A stretch of 64,000 nt of DNA from Octopus sinensis. Taxonomy: Eukaryota. Shown in pieces: positions 51,821 through 64,000 of this stretch; positions within the stretch are counted from its first letter, which is position 1; every line of letters starts with the position of its first letter. The DNA lies in contig NC_043000.1 in assembly GCF_006345805.1 (NCBI RefSeq), positions 48,298,001 to 48,362,000 on the forward strand, in the 5' to 3' direction. The position numbers were made by a program, and so were the translations under genes. The notes under the pieces are model-generated. The model saw nothing but the letters and a program-made list of their open reading frames with translations. It searched no databases and was not told the origin of the DNA.

Positions 51821-52195
51821 TGTTTGTTTGTTTGTTTGTTTGGTGAATGAAGCGGTCTTCATGGGAGAAGTCCGAAACGTGGTCCTTTGCTATTCGTAAG
51901 AGCCGCAGAAGAGAAAGCAGGTCAACCCCCGACACCGAGAGCATCGACAGATGGATGAATGCACATCTAGGCTCAGCGGTTGCATAGGAAGTCGGGGACA
52001 AGAAACAGGAAGAAAGAGTGAGAGAAAGTTGGAGCGAAAGAGTACGACAGGGGTCACCACCACCCCCTGCCGGAATCTTGTGGAGCTTTAGGTGTTTTCA
52101 CTCAATAAACACACAATGCCTGGTCTGGGAATCGAAACCACAATCCTCCGACCACGAGTCCGCTGCCCTAACCACTGGGCCATTGTGCCTCCACT
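51821..52195 (-). mobile_element. SINE family B nested in a family E repeat
   Basis: 9-bp TSD AGTGCTGCT on both sides; (AAAC)n tail; host family E sequence continues to about 52375. Confidence 0.85.
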
Positions 52196-53775
52196 GCTAG
52201 TGCTGCTGGACTGGCTCCCATGCAGGTAGCAAGTAAAAACACTTTCTGAGTGTTTTTTTTTTTGCCAGAACTGCCTGACTGGCCCTCGTGCCAGTGGCAG
52301 ATCAGATTGAGCTTGATGCAGCCTCTGGTTCACCAGTCCTCAGTCAAACCGTCTAACCCATGCCAAACGATCATGCTTGGATTTGTTTATCAACCTATCC
52401 CTACCCAGAGTGACTAAAAAAGCAAAATTGAGCTTAATGACATCTGCACTCTGAATTGAAATGTCTAAAACAAAACACTGCTGGGCATTTAATTTAACAT
52501 GCTACCAGTTCAACTACATGTCTCAAGTGTTTACTTAGGTTGTTGTGCTTGGTCCAGGTTCTACAGAGTTTAATCTAAGGTAAAAAAATTGGCAGAGTCA
52601 TTAAAGCACCTTTTAGTTATCAGATCTCTGTTCAGACACACTGTCTTTGTTTCCAAAAAAAATTTTGAAATTGTTGAAGAATTTAGTATAGTAACAGTCA
52701 TCATTGAGTTCATATTTGAAACATAAAACCAACCTGAAACCTCGATGAAAGATTTTAATTTAGATGACTTTAAAACAGTGTTTGTATCATAGGACCAAGG
52801 GTAGATTTGGGGAGGTTGGTATCACAAATGTTAAATGTCATGTTGGGATTCATTCCATTTCTGTGAAGTATGAATTCAAATCTGTCAATTTTAATTCTGC
52901 CTTTCACTCTTTTATGTTTGATAAGTAAAACAGTCCAGGGTGGGGGGATACAACTAGAGAGAACTGGATGCCTTGTACTATTACTCTAGTTCTATGCATT
53001 CTGATTTCAGAATCCTGTGTAGACGACCATCACTGTAGTGTTGCAACACCTTCTGAATTAACTAATATAAAATCAAAGAAACTGAACTCAAAAGAGTGTA
53101 TGTCCTTATTGAGTAAAGAGAATGCAAGCTACAATGCATACACTTGCTAACGATAATGAAGATGATGATGGTATTACCGTCAGATATATTAATGTTGTGC
53201 ACATCACAAATATGACATTATGGATGACTGAGTTGTTGAGATAATCAGCTTTAATTTAAAAGGTTGGGACTTCATACACATTTATAGGAACAGAAATGAG
53301 TGTATTATCAAGTATTTTATAACTCAGTGATCCAGTCCAATTAGCTGCAATTAGGCACCACAGTGAGGTGTACACCATTATTAAAATCAGCAATCTCAGA
53401 AGCTCTATAATTTTGTCAATAGTTCATTAGATCGCAATATTGGATTAAATTTCAACTGCCAGAAAAGCTACTTCTAAGAGAGTGTGGATTCAATTTAGGA
53501 GACCATTTACCTTCTATCCCTTTAATGTTACATATTTGGAGATAAGCATAATCCCAATGGATCACAAGATTATATGTTTATATTATGAAATGAAACAAAG
53601 CGGGTATCAATTCAGACATTAAATTCTTCCTGAGAGTGAGAAACATAAAAATTGATAAAGTTACAGGGTCCAGCAAATATATCCTAAATTTGTGGAAGGA
53701 AAAAAAAATCATTTATAGTAAATGTGCAGAAGTGGCCATAGGCACAGGGCTGGCTTTAGGCACAGGAGTTACTAT

Positions 53776-54185
53776 AGGTGCAGGAGTGGCTGTGTGGTAA
53801 GAAGCTTGTTTCCCAACCACATGGTTCTGGGTTCAGTCTCACTGCATGACATCTTGGGTGTCTTCTACTATAGCCTCAGACCAACCAAAGTTTTGTGAAT
53901 GTATTTGATGGATAGAAACTGAAAGAAGCCCATCGTACATATACAGATATGTGTATATATTTATGTGTGTGCATCTTTGTGTCTGTGTTTGTCACCCCAC
54001 CATCACTTGACAGCCGATGTTGGTATGTTTACATCCCTGTAGCTAAGCAGTTTGGCAAAAGATACCAATAGAATAAGTACTAGGTTTACAAAGAATAAAC
54101 CCTGGAGTGGATTTGTTCGACTAAAGGCAGTGCTCCAGCATGGCCACAGTCACATGACTGAAACAGGTAAAAGAATAAAAGAATA
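53776..54185 (+). mobile_element. SINE family A
   Basis: Complete head, body and tail. Confidence 0.88.
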
Positions 54186-54941
54186 AATGTATCATAATTT
54201 AATTTCATTCCTCACACATTCTCTCTTGCAAAAAAATTAGACTTGTAAACTAAACCAAATGACAGTAATACTGAAATTTGAAAAAAAAAATTTTTTTAAT
54301 AAAAAAAAGAAATTAAATATATTAAAAAACTAAAACAAACGACCTCATCTTTAAGATCAGCAAAAACAAAATGTCCTTTTTACTGATATCATCTGTTGAA
54401 AATTTACAACGGAAAACTATTATTCTGTTAAGATTTTTAGCATATTTTCTAGTTTCCTTCTTTTCTTATAAAATCAATCATTATTTCTTCTAACAATCAA
54501 TAGTACATTCCTTCTGTCTACATGTAGACTTAGTAAATTAATCGAAATGACAGGCTGACATTCTAGATGAATTGACAAGAGGAATGATATCCATAAAGGA
54601 ATCTGTTGCTGCAGCTGCTATATAGGAATTAGTCTATCATTCTGACATCTGCTGACTTGTGTAGTTTACACACACATGCACATTCACATATATGTATGTA
54701 TGGAAGCCTGTATTTCAGCATGTACAGACAAAATATATTTAATTTTTGTGTTACATAGTAAGAGACCTTAGTGTAGTAAAACAAAAAATTATGCAAATAT
54801 TTTGAATTAAAAAAAAACTGTTTCACCTCTCATAGGATTTTGCAACAAGATATGAATGATAATAAGAGATAGAAGACAAAATGAATCAAAATTCCAAATT
54901 TTCTGAATATGAAATAAGAATCTATTTCATAAAAAAGCATC

Positions 54942-55031
<90 letters not shown>

Positions 55032-55601
55032 TATATGTATATATATATGTATATATATATATATATATGTATGTATATATATGTATATATGCATATATAT
55101 ATATATATATGTATATATGCATATATATATATATGTATATATGCATGCATATATATATGTATATATGCATATATATATATATTAATTTCAAACAGTAAAA
55201 ATGAGTGCTTAACACAGTATTGGAGGATAGATTTTTTTATTTGTGGGTTGACTAGAAAACCATAGGTTTCATGTCGAGAGAGATATTGTGTTTATTGTGT
55301 TTTCATCCAAGATGGAGATGAACACCAATGTCCCTATGTGACAGACTTGTATGATTGTTGAGAGATATCTTGCTCAACATGAAACTAACGGTAGTCTGGT
55401 GAAACAATACATAAAATGTGTGTGTGTGTGTGTGTGTGCATGCATGTAAGAGAGTAGTATATGGTATACATTCACAGAATTCTACAGCTAACACAGTAAT
55501 CTCTTCTGACAAAGTCAGCTATCAGTTCAAAGATATAATCGTATGGAAATCGTATGGTTAAAGAAAATCTACAGTCATTGTTCATATCTCTTGACTTAAT
55601 G

Positions 55602-55637
<36 letters not shown>

Positions 55638-56841
55638 TTTTACATATCTATATATTAAATTATATAATATAACAAATAAAAGAGTGATAGGTAAAGAACA
55701 TCATCATCATCATCGTCATTATCATCATCATTTAACATTCATTTTCTATGCTGGCTTGGGTTGCAGAGTTTGACAGGAGCTGGTAAATTAGAGAAGTGTG
55801 CACAGATCTATTTGTCTGTTTTGGCTTGGTTTCTATGGTTGGATGCCCTTCCTAATGCCAACCACTTTACAGAGTGTACTAGGTACTTTTTACATAGCAA
55901 CCAGCACCTGTGCATTTTATGTGATACCATACCAATGCATTTTACACGGCACCTGTGCAAGGGCTTTTGATATGGGAAAACAAAATTGAAAGCAAAATTT
56001 TATGAATGGCTTAAGATATCTGCAATTCTGATCATTGAATAATATTATAAAATAAAATTACAAGGCAGAAACAAAATCTTAAATCCTATGAAGTTAAGTA
56101 GCTGGATTAACAACACTTGTGGGTATGAATTTAAAATTTTACTATATTTTATTATGTTGTGATTCTGAAATCTTTGAAGAGATTGGTTCTCTGAAAAGTC
56201 CTCTTCAAATTCACAATTCAGTGAGAGCATTCACCAGGAAATAAATAAATACCATCCTTCATACATGAAAGTTGCAAATTATAAAAGTTAGCCAAACAAT
56301 ATTGTTATGGAAAAATTGATTATTATAAAACACTGATAAAAAATTATATTTCATCTCTTAAGCAGTAACCCATCCCCATTACCATTATCAATTTCTCTAC
56401 ATGCATGTGTGTGTGTATAAATATAGCCATCCTTCCTGCCACATATGTGTATGTACTTGTTTCAAATACTAGTTTATCTTAAGTATTTTCCAATAAGTGA
56501 TATTTTCACAACAAAGAATATCAATAATCATATTCAATGTTAAAATTATGTATCTAATGCATATTTGATTTTAAACATTTGTTATTAAAAATTTCTAATA
56601 TATGTTAATAACTGAAAATACAAAATCTCTTCAGAAAATATTGAAACAGATTTAGCCCATACTTTTCCAAAGGAAAATATTCAAATACATTTAACTTTAT
56701 ATTTTAAAATTTGTACATCTGTTATTTAAACAAACAAGGGTATACATTAATTATTTTTTTTTTTAAAAAGACAGGATTTAATTTCTACTTTGAAAAATTC
56801 CTTAGTTGAAATGAAATTTAAATGTTTTCGTTATATGTATA

Positions 56842-56893
<52 letters not shown>

Positions 56894-57704
56894 TTTTTTT
56901 TAAAGTTCTAGACATTAACTATGAATATTTTTTTGTATATTCTTTTCATTGACCTTGACAAATATTTCTCGACCCTATCCCTAATTTCATTTCATATTGT
57001 TGTATTTTCTTCAGAAGGACCTAAACTGCGTGATTCTATAAATACCAGTTTCATTGTTTAGTAACACTCATGAATAAAATATTTCATTCTAAACATAAAT
57101 TTACATTGCTTTGTTGGTTCCAGTTTATGAATAATTCTGTTTGTCAAAAATATGGTGGAAAAAAAATTGTACTTTTCAAATTGAAAATCTCTGGAACAGT
57201 GAAGATCTACCGTTTTTTTTTTGTTTTTGTTTTTTTTTTCACTTTTGTTTTGTTCTGTGGTTCTACTAAAGGAAATACTGAATTTTAGTTAGCATTTAGA
57301 ACTGAAAGTAAATAGAAATAAGAGAGAATTTTAAACATCGTTACAAATTTCAATATCAAGGGTGAATACATAATACTATTGCTTCCAGCCTCAATACTTA
57401 TTGCACGTATCTATTCATTTGACTCCATATTTCCCTGAGATTATCAGTCATTACATTTACATATATGCCTATAGACGCATACAAATATATATTAGCATAA
57501 GCTGAAAAAAAACTTATCGAGGAAGTATTCTATGGTTGGATATGTTTTGTCAAACTTCACCTGTATTTCATGTGAGGTATGTGCTGCAAAACATATTGCT
57601 TATTGAAACATAAACATAGCACCATCATTATCCAAGCAATGTCAATGTGAAAGCACACAAATATAGTAAACACACAAAGATGTGAACATATAAACGCAAG
57701 TACA

Positions 57705-57950
57705 TCATCATCATCATCATCGTTTAACGTCCATTTTCCATGCTAGCATGAGTTGGACGGTTCAACTGGGGTCAGGGAAGCCAGGGGGCTGCACGGGCTC
57801 CAGTCTTATCTGGCAGTGTTTCTACAGCTGGATGCCCTTCATAACGCCAACCACTCTGTGAGTGTAGTGGGTGCTTTTTACGTGCCACCGGCACAGGTGC
57901 CAGGGGTGTCTGGCAATGGCCACGATCGGTTGGTGCTTTTTACATCCCAT
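57705..57950 (-). mobile_element. Family E repeat
   Basis: (CAT)n tail and body; another minus copy at 55700-55960 and a plus copy at 59825-60078. Confidence 0.8.
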
Positions 57951-58376
57951 GCATGCATATAAATGAACACACACAAATACATGCACACCTGTGTATATAT
58001 TATAGGCACAAGCATGGTTGCATGGATAAGAAATTCCCTTTGTTACCACATGGTCTTGAGCTCTGTCTCATTGCATAAAAATTTTGGCATAGGTCTTATA
58101 CTGTAGTTTCAAGCTATTCAATAATAACTCTCAAGGTATTGGTTAGCTAGAAGTTTCAGCAGTGGACACTTCCCTAAGGTATTAAGATGTGGAATGGAAT
58201 CAGAAACCATGGCATTACAAAGCAAACTTTCCAAGCATACAGTCACACCTTCACCTTAGCACATATAGGAAAATTAATCTTTTCATATATACATATATAC
58301 ATAAATAAATAAATATATCATTGATTGAATTGAAGTGATACTTGCAGATGCAAATACGTGTCTGGAAAAAAAAAAC

Positions 58377-58510
58377 ATTTAATGTTTAGAATGCAGTGAA
58401 GGCATTTTTGGTGGAACTGCTCTAACAATTTGAAATGTCTTTCATGACACGTCCATGTTTCAGAAGAATGCAGCAAGAATGGTAAGACAAAGGATTTGTA
58501 AAGAGCCACA
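58377..58510 (-). mobile_element. RTE/BovB-like LINE RT C-terminal fragment
   Basis: ALYKSFVLPFLLHSSETWTCHERHFKLLEQFHQKCLHCILNIK. Confidence 0.75.
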
Positions 58511-58592
58511 CACATACACACATTCAGGTGAGCACACAAGTGCAAATCAAGGTGGGGAAAATAGTACTCAAATACCAAAGGTAGAGTAATAT

Positions 58593-58624
<32 letters not shown>

Positions 58625-58629
<5 letters not shown>

Positions 58630-58793
58630 GACAGGCTTCTTCCAGTTTCTATTTACCAAATCCACTCACAAGGCTTTGGTCGCCCTGAGTCTATAGTAGA
58701 AGACACTTACCCACGGTGCCACACAGTGGGACTGAACCCAGAACCATGTGATTGGGAAGCATGCTTCTTACCACACAGCCACGCCTGTGCCTG
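58625..58793 (-). mobile_element. SINE family A, 5' half
   Basis: Ends in its internal (TA)n, next to a tail piece of the 44377 family. Confidence 0.8.
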
Positions 58794-60604
58794 TATTAAT
58801 TTTTAAATATCAGACTTGAAGTAGATAAAGCTACAAAATAATAGCATGTAAATTTTTGGTTTGAAATCCCTTTGGATATAAAAAAATCAAAGGATTAATT
58901 TTTAGCTTTTCTAAGGAGTAAAAGAGGCCTCAATATATGTAGCATATATATTTATAAATTTGATTACTCAGTCCCTGGCTACTCAGAGTTTCATATCATA
59001 GCCTTGTTCAGATTTTATCAGAATGATTCAAGCATTCAAAGAAAGCCTAAACAAGAATATTATATGCACCGGGAGTAAGATATAAACTAAGAGAAAAGAG
59101 AGAGAGGGAGTGGGCAAGACAAAGCTAATAACTGCAAATATTATACCTTATCATTTCTGACACACTCAAACCCATGTCAAGCATGACAAAAATATTTATA
59201 ATATTGTGTTCTACACTTTATTGCTTTGAATTATGTCTAACTTGATAGCAATTTGCAACTAAACGATTGAGTCAGCTGCAATTAACTGACTCAACTATGG
59301 AAACAAAACCATATTAATAATGAGATTACAAGCCAACTGACCCAGTAGGAGTTCAACAATCTATCGATCCAGTTTAAGAGTGTTACAATAACTATCTGCT
59401 AGATCCTATTGAGTAGTATTGACAAAAACGATAAAGCTAATACTAGGTTAATTTATGTTAATTTATGTTTATGATATGCAAGTGTCAATAGGTGTGATAA
59501 TCATTGTAGCAATGTGCATTTTATTAAATTATAACAGAAAGAGAGAATTATGTTTTTGCTGCTGTTGAGAGATATAAGGATTAGATACTACATTAATTAT
59601 TGAAATAATTAGTTCATTTCAAGAACATAGAAATTAAAATTATTTATTTTCTTTAATTAATTCATATTTTTACAAGTTTTACTAATTTGCTTCTGCCCAT
59701 GTTGGGGCATCATCTTTAAAGGTTTTAGACGTTCATATCAACTCCCTAACTTATTTCAAATCGTTAAGTTAGCTTTTGGACACCACTTTGGTTTTACACA
59801 AATAACAATGCAAATATATATGCACATACATGTGGCATGTAACATGCACCATTCGAGTGTGGTTGATGCCAGTACCACCTGACTGGTCCCTTGTCTGTGG
59901 CACATAAAAAAAGCACCCACTATACTCTCACAGTGGTTGGTGTTAAGAAGAGCATCCAGCTGTAGAAACCTTGCCAGATCAGATTGGAGCCTGGTGTAGC
60001 CTGCTGGCTTGGCAGTCCTCTGTGAAACCGTCCAACCCATGCCAGTATGGAAATTGGACATTAAACGATTATGATGATACATACATACATACATACATAC
60101 ACACATTATGCATATATTTATGCAATGAATTCTAATGTCTATTTCTTGAAACTCACATGGGTCAGACAGAATTTAATGAGGCAGGTTTTCTGTCTTGATT
60201 CCCTGCTTGTCATCTGCCCTCATCAGTTTCCAAGCAAGGTAATGTTTCCTTTGGCTGAGACATGTTTCATGGAAATAAATGACACGGCTGTTAAGACAGT
60301 GATACTTACTTGCAACTATCAGATGATGTCAAGACATGAATCACAAACACACATGCATGCACATACACACACATACTATATTTCTGCTTAGCCATAGCAA
60401 TACCAATAACCTGTTAATAGAATTCAATATACTTCTCAGTTTTGGTAAGGTCCAAATGCACGATATCAATTATCTGTTGTACACTACTCCAGTATTTTAT
60501 ATGAACCAGAAGGTCATTACAGAGCATAATATTAATGAATGAATAACAAAAGTGTAGGAGTTACATAATCACTTTCATTAGCTTGCAGTTGTTTTGTCTC
60601 TCAG

Positions 60605-60621
60605 GAGCCATGCACCTCGAA
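60605..60621 (+). other. Candidate 17-nt microexon, possibly carrying a start codon (M-H-L-E)
   Basis: gttgttttgtctctcag|GAGCCATGCACCTCGAA|gtgagt: strong acceptor and consensus donor in non-repeat sequence. Confidence 0.3.
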
Positions 60622-60883
60622 GTGAGTATCAGTGTCATATTTTATAGCTTATTCAGAGCCACTTTATTCAAAGTAGTTCCTTATAGCAGAAGCAGCTGTA
60701 ATCTAATGAAGATGATAACATAATCCTTCTTTTGTCTAATTTTTTTTTATTGATATATATACTATAGCCTTATACAAACTAAAAGCTGGAGGATTTAGAA
60801 GAGAGAAACTGAAAGAAGCCTACAATATGATTTTTTTTTTACCACAGTGGGATTGAACTCCAAATCTTATGATTGAGAGAAGC

Positions 60884-61112
60884 TTAACTCTTTAGTATTC
60901 AGATTTTTCAGTCAAATGTAATGCTTATTTATTCACATTTATAAAGTTTTGTCAAGCATTACCTCGTAGCTTTGATATTTCAATGATGTAATTGTTTACT
61001 TTTTATTATAACATTTTAGGCTAACCACGAGAAACCAGATCTGGCTAGTTTGAAAATAAAACAGGATGATTATCTTAGTCAGATATGGCTGGTTTAATTG
61101 CTTAAAGGTTAA
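60884..61112. mobile_element. TTAA-flanked MITE-like repeat, copy 2
   Basis: TTAA-CTCTTTAG ... CTTAAAGG-TTAA; body homologous to 1440-1683. Confidence 0.45.
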
Positions 61113-63255
61113 GATGTTTATAGTAGTATATTGTTATTATGATGCTAATGAGTTTTCCTAAATGGACATTGGTTTTACATGCTAAGTTAAATGACTTCAC
61201 CTAATAAATCAAAATCTTAGCGTAGGGGACATATTTTTCTGCCTAACAAACATTAGCACATACTCAGCTTATTTTTATTACCGATAATTTGCCTGTCACT
61301 TTAACCTTGTTATAGATAGAGTGTTATAAGTTTTGCCTGTGGTTTCTCCAGAAAGATTTACTCTGATTGCATACCAGTGATATTAATAATGATAGCATTG
61401 TTAAAGATTACAGCTCCCAAGTGTGAGAAGATATTTCCATTGATAAATGTATGCAATGTATAATCAGTAGAATAATATGTAAACCTTACAGTGTTGCCTT
61501 TGGAAGAAAAACAAATTTATCAGACCAAATATCTGAAACACTAAAATCTGATAAAATCACAATGTTAAAGAAAATATGTATATAAATAAACAAAATCATA
61601 TAAAATAAAATTAAAAGAGAAATAATGAAATGATGAAGAAAAGCTGCTGCTGTGATGCAGTTATCAAGTGGAAAATAAAGTTCTACTAAAAAAGAAAGCA
61701 AAACTTAAATAAATATATGGTAGAAAAATGAATAAAACTGTTTTCATTCAAATTATATAAATTTAGAAATAAAATGTTAAATTCTAGTGGAATTGAAAGA
61801 GTAAAAAGTGTAAAAAAAAGTGAAAGTACAGAAATATTACGTAAAATTTTCATAGAAGTAAATAGAAAAAAAGAAATAATCGCATACAGAGTATTCAACT
61901 GTGATACAATTAAAAAGAAGACAAGTTTGATGTTTTGTATTTTTTTAAACTTTTTTATTCATTTATTAATTTATTTATTGAGAGAGAGAATTTGTAAAAT
62001 AGCTTCTATACAAATAGCATGACCAATCTCATTTCATGGAATTTAATATTTAATTTGCGAAAGAAACACAGAATTTCATTTAAGAAGGCTACATTAGGAA
62101 TACATTTCCATTTTTAACTTTGCAAATAATTTTAAGTTTCCCAAAATATGTTTATGTATTTAACTATATTTATCCTCAATATTTTGAAATACATCAAATA
62201 AAGTTAGAGAAATATTTTAATATTCAACCAGTGTGCGTGTGTATATATATATATTTGATTGCATGCATACACACTTGTATAAGTACCCTATCTTACACGC
62301 AAACACACACACTCATGCACACACACACATATATACATACATGTGTATTCAGGTGTCCCCCATGTTAAGGAAATTTTACATGCCAGAAACTCTCACCATG
62401 ATATGTTATATAACATGAAAGTCAATGGAAAAATAAGTTTCACATTATGGATTTCCATGTTACAGCAATTCAGAAAACCATTACTTTTGAAACACGAGTG
62501 ATATGAAAAAAAAAAGAAAGAGAGAAAGAAAGAGTGAGAAGTGCAATGTGTGTAATTTTATCTAATATATGATGATGATGACAATGGCAATGACAGTTAT
62601 GATGACAAAATCAGTGGTGGTAATAATAATGAAGAAGAGGAGGAGTTATACACCTGTGGCTATAAAGTCAATATTCTATACTACTGACCTGTGTGGCCAT
62701 AAAATCAAATCTTTCGCTAGATATTCAGTTGTTTGAGATGGATATATAACACTACATATTCTAGATTAAGTCAATTATACTCCCCGGATAGAAAAGTAGC
62801 AACTGTATTTAGGTACTCTTCTTTACATTCTGAGCTGAAACACTGATAAGATCAACCTTGTCTTCTCTCCTCCTGCAGTTAATAAAATAAAAGTACCAAG
62901 GACATAATGGAATCAATTTTATCATCTATATTAGAGGTGGAAAAACTGCAGTTTTCTGAAAGTTTGAGTATGACCTTCGGAAAGAAGTAAATGTTTGAAG
63001 GGAAACCATTATACTGGAATATATTTTTGTTGGTTTGATTGTATTCAAAGCTTACCTTTTCAACTAACTACAAATTTTAGAAGCATCTATTTATATTACT
63101 TTACCGACACTTACTTCATGAAAATAATTATAATTATAACATAGAAATCTAAAGAAATATTTTGAAAACAGGAAAATAGAATAAAAGAAAGATTGTTTAT
63201 TGTAAAACTTCTTTATCTTTAGAAAAATCATGTTTTATAAAATAATAGGTATATT

Positions 63256-63527
63256 CTTTTACTCGTTTCAGTCATTTGACTGTGGCCATGCTGGAGCACT
63301 GCCTTTAGTCAAGCAAATCGTCCCCAGGACTTATTCTTTGTAAGCCTATCGGTCTCCTTTGCCGCTAAGTTACGGGGACATAACACACCAGCATCGGTTG
63401 TCAAGCGATGTTGGGTGGGACAAATGCAGACGCGCAAAAACACGCACATATATATACATATATAGTGGGACTGAACCTGGAACCATGTGGTTGGTAAGCA
63501 AGCTACTTACCACACAGCCACTCCTAG
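63256..63527 (-). mobile_element. SINE family A with an internal deletion next to its microsatellite
   Basis: Tail and 3' body, then (TA)n, then a direct jump to the head. Confidence 0.82.
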
Positions 63528-63534
63528 CAACATT

Positions 63535-63735
63535 TAAAATTTTTATTTCGTCTGTCTTATGATTGAGAGAAGCTTAACCTTGTTCTGAGTTCAAATTCTG
63601 CCAAAAATCAACTTTGCCTTTCATCTTTTCAGGGTCGATAAATTAAGTACTAGTTGTGTACTGGGGTCAATGTAATCGACTGGCCCCCTCCCCAAACATT
63701 TCAGGCCTAGTACCTAGTGTAGAAAAGAATATTTA
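63535..63735 (+). mobile_element. SINE family D carrying a ~21-nt insert
   Basis: tttcgtctgtctta[tgattgagagaagcttaacct]tgttctgagttcaaattctg...gggtcgataaattaagtac. Confidence 0.75.
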
Positions 63736-64000
63736 AAATTTTGAGGGAAATGCTGTCTTGTCAAATGGCTGCTAATAATAACACAGCCTTCTAACAAAAA
63801 GTTTTCCTTACCTCAAAATTTGGGATCTTACGCATCAAATTTAGTATTTAGCTTCAAGGTTTGCCCTGATCAAGCTGAGAAGTCTATGAGCAAATAAAAT
63901 CCCAGTCATAAGCCTAGTTATGACCATCTCCTCCTTTGAATTTTTTTTTTTTTTGGCTTAGAATATCTATGAATCCATTATGCAGTGTGTTACTCCTTCA

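Overview
AT-rich, microsatellite-saturated eukaryotic non-coding DNA. The SINE families resemble those of octopod cephalopods; this is recalled resemblance, not a database result. No intact protein-coding gene is supportable, and nearly all ORF-track entries are translated simple repeats or antisense shadows of retroelements. The window holds several tRNA-derived SINE families, 5'-truncated RTE LINEs with clear TSDs, R4/Dong-like REL-endonuclease LINE fragments nested in (TAA)n, a DD37D-like Tc1/mariner relic and small MITEs. The most striking signal is a set of mutually unrelated, non-coding elements next to (TA)n tracts that form fold-back inverted repeats (arms about 30-290 bp). Several carry minimal type I hammerhead ribozyme (HHR) motifs with a palindromic, truncated helix III. 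The best case is an intact-core HHR in both arms of a 287-bp near-perfect hairpin at 44377-44969. The architecture fits non-autonomous Penelope-like (PLE) or retrozyme-type elements, with the ribozyme masked by its own antisense arm. Smaller leads are a 17-nt candidate microexon, a 24-bp templated insertion, two pre-miRNA-sized hairpins and two compact motif clusters.
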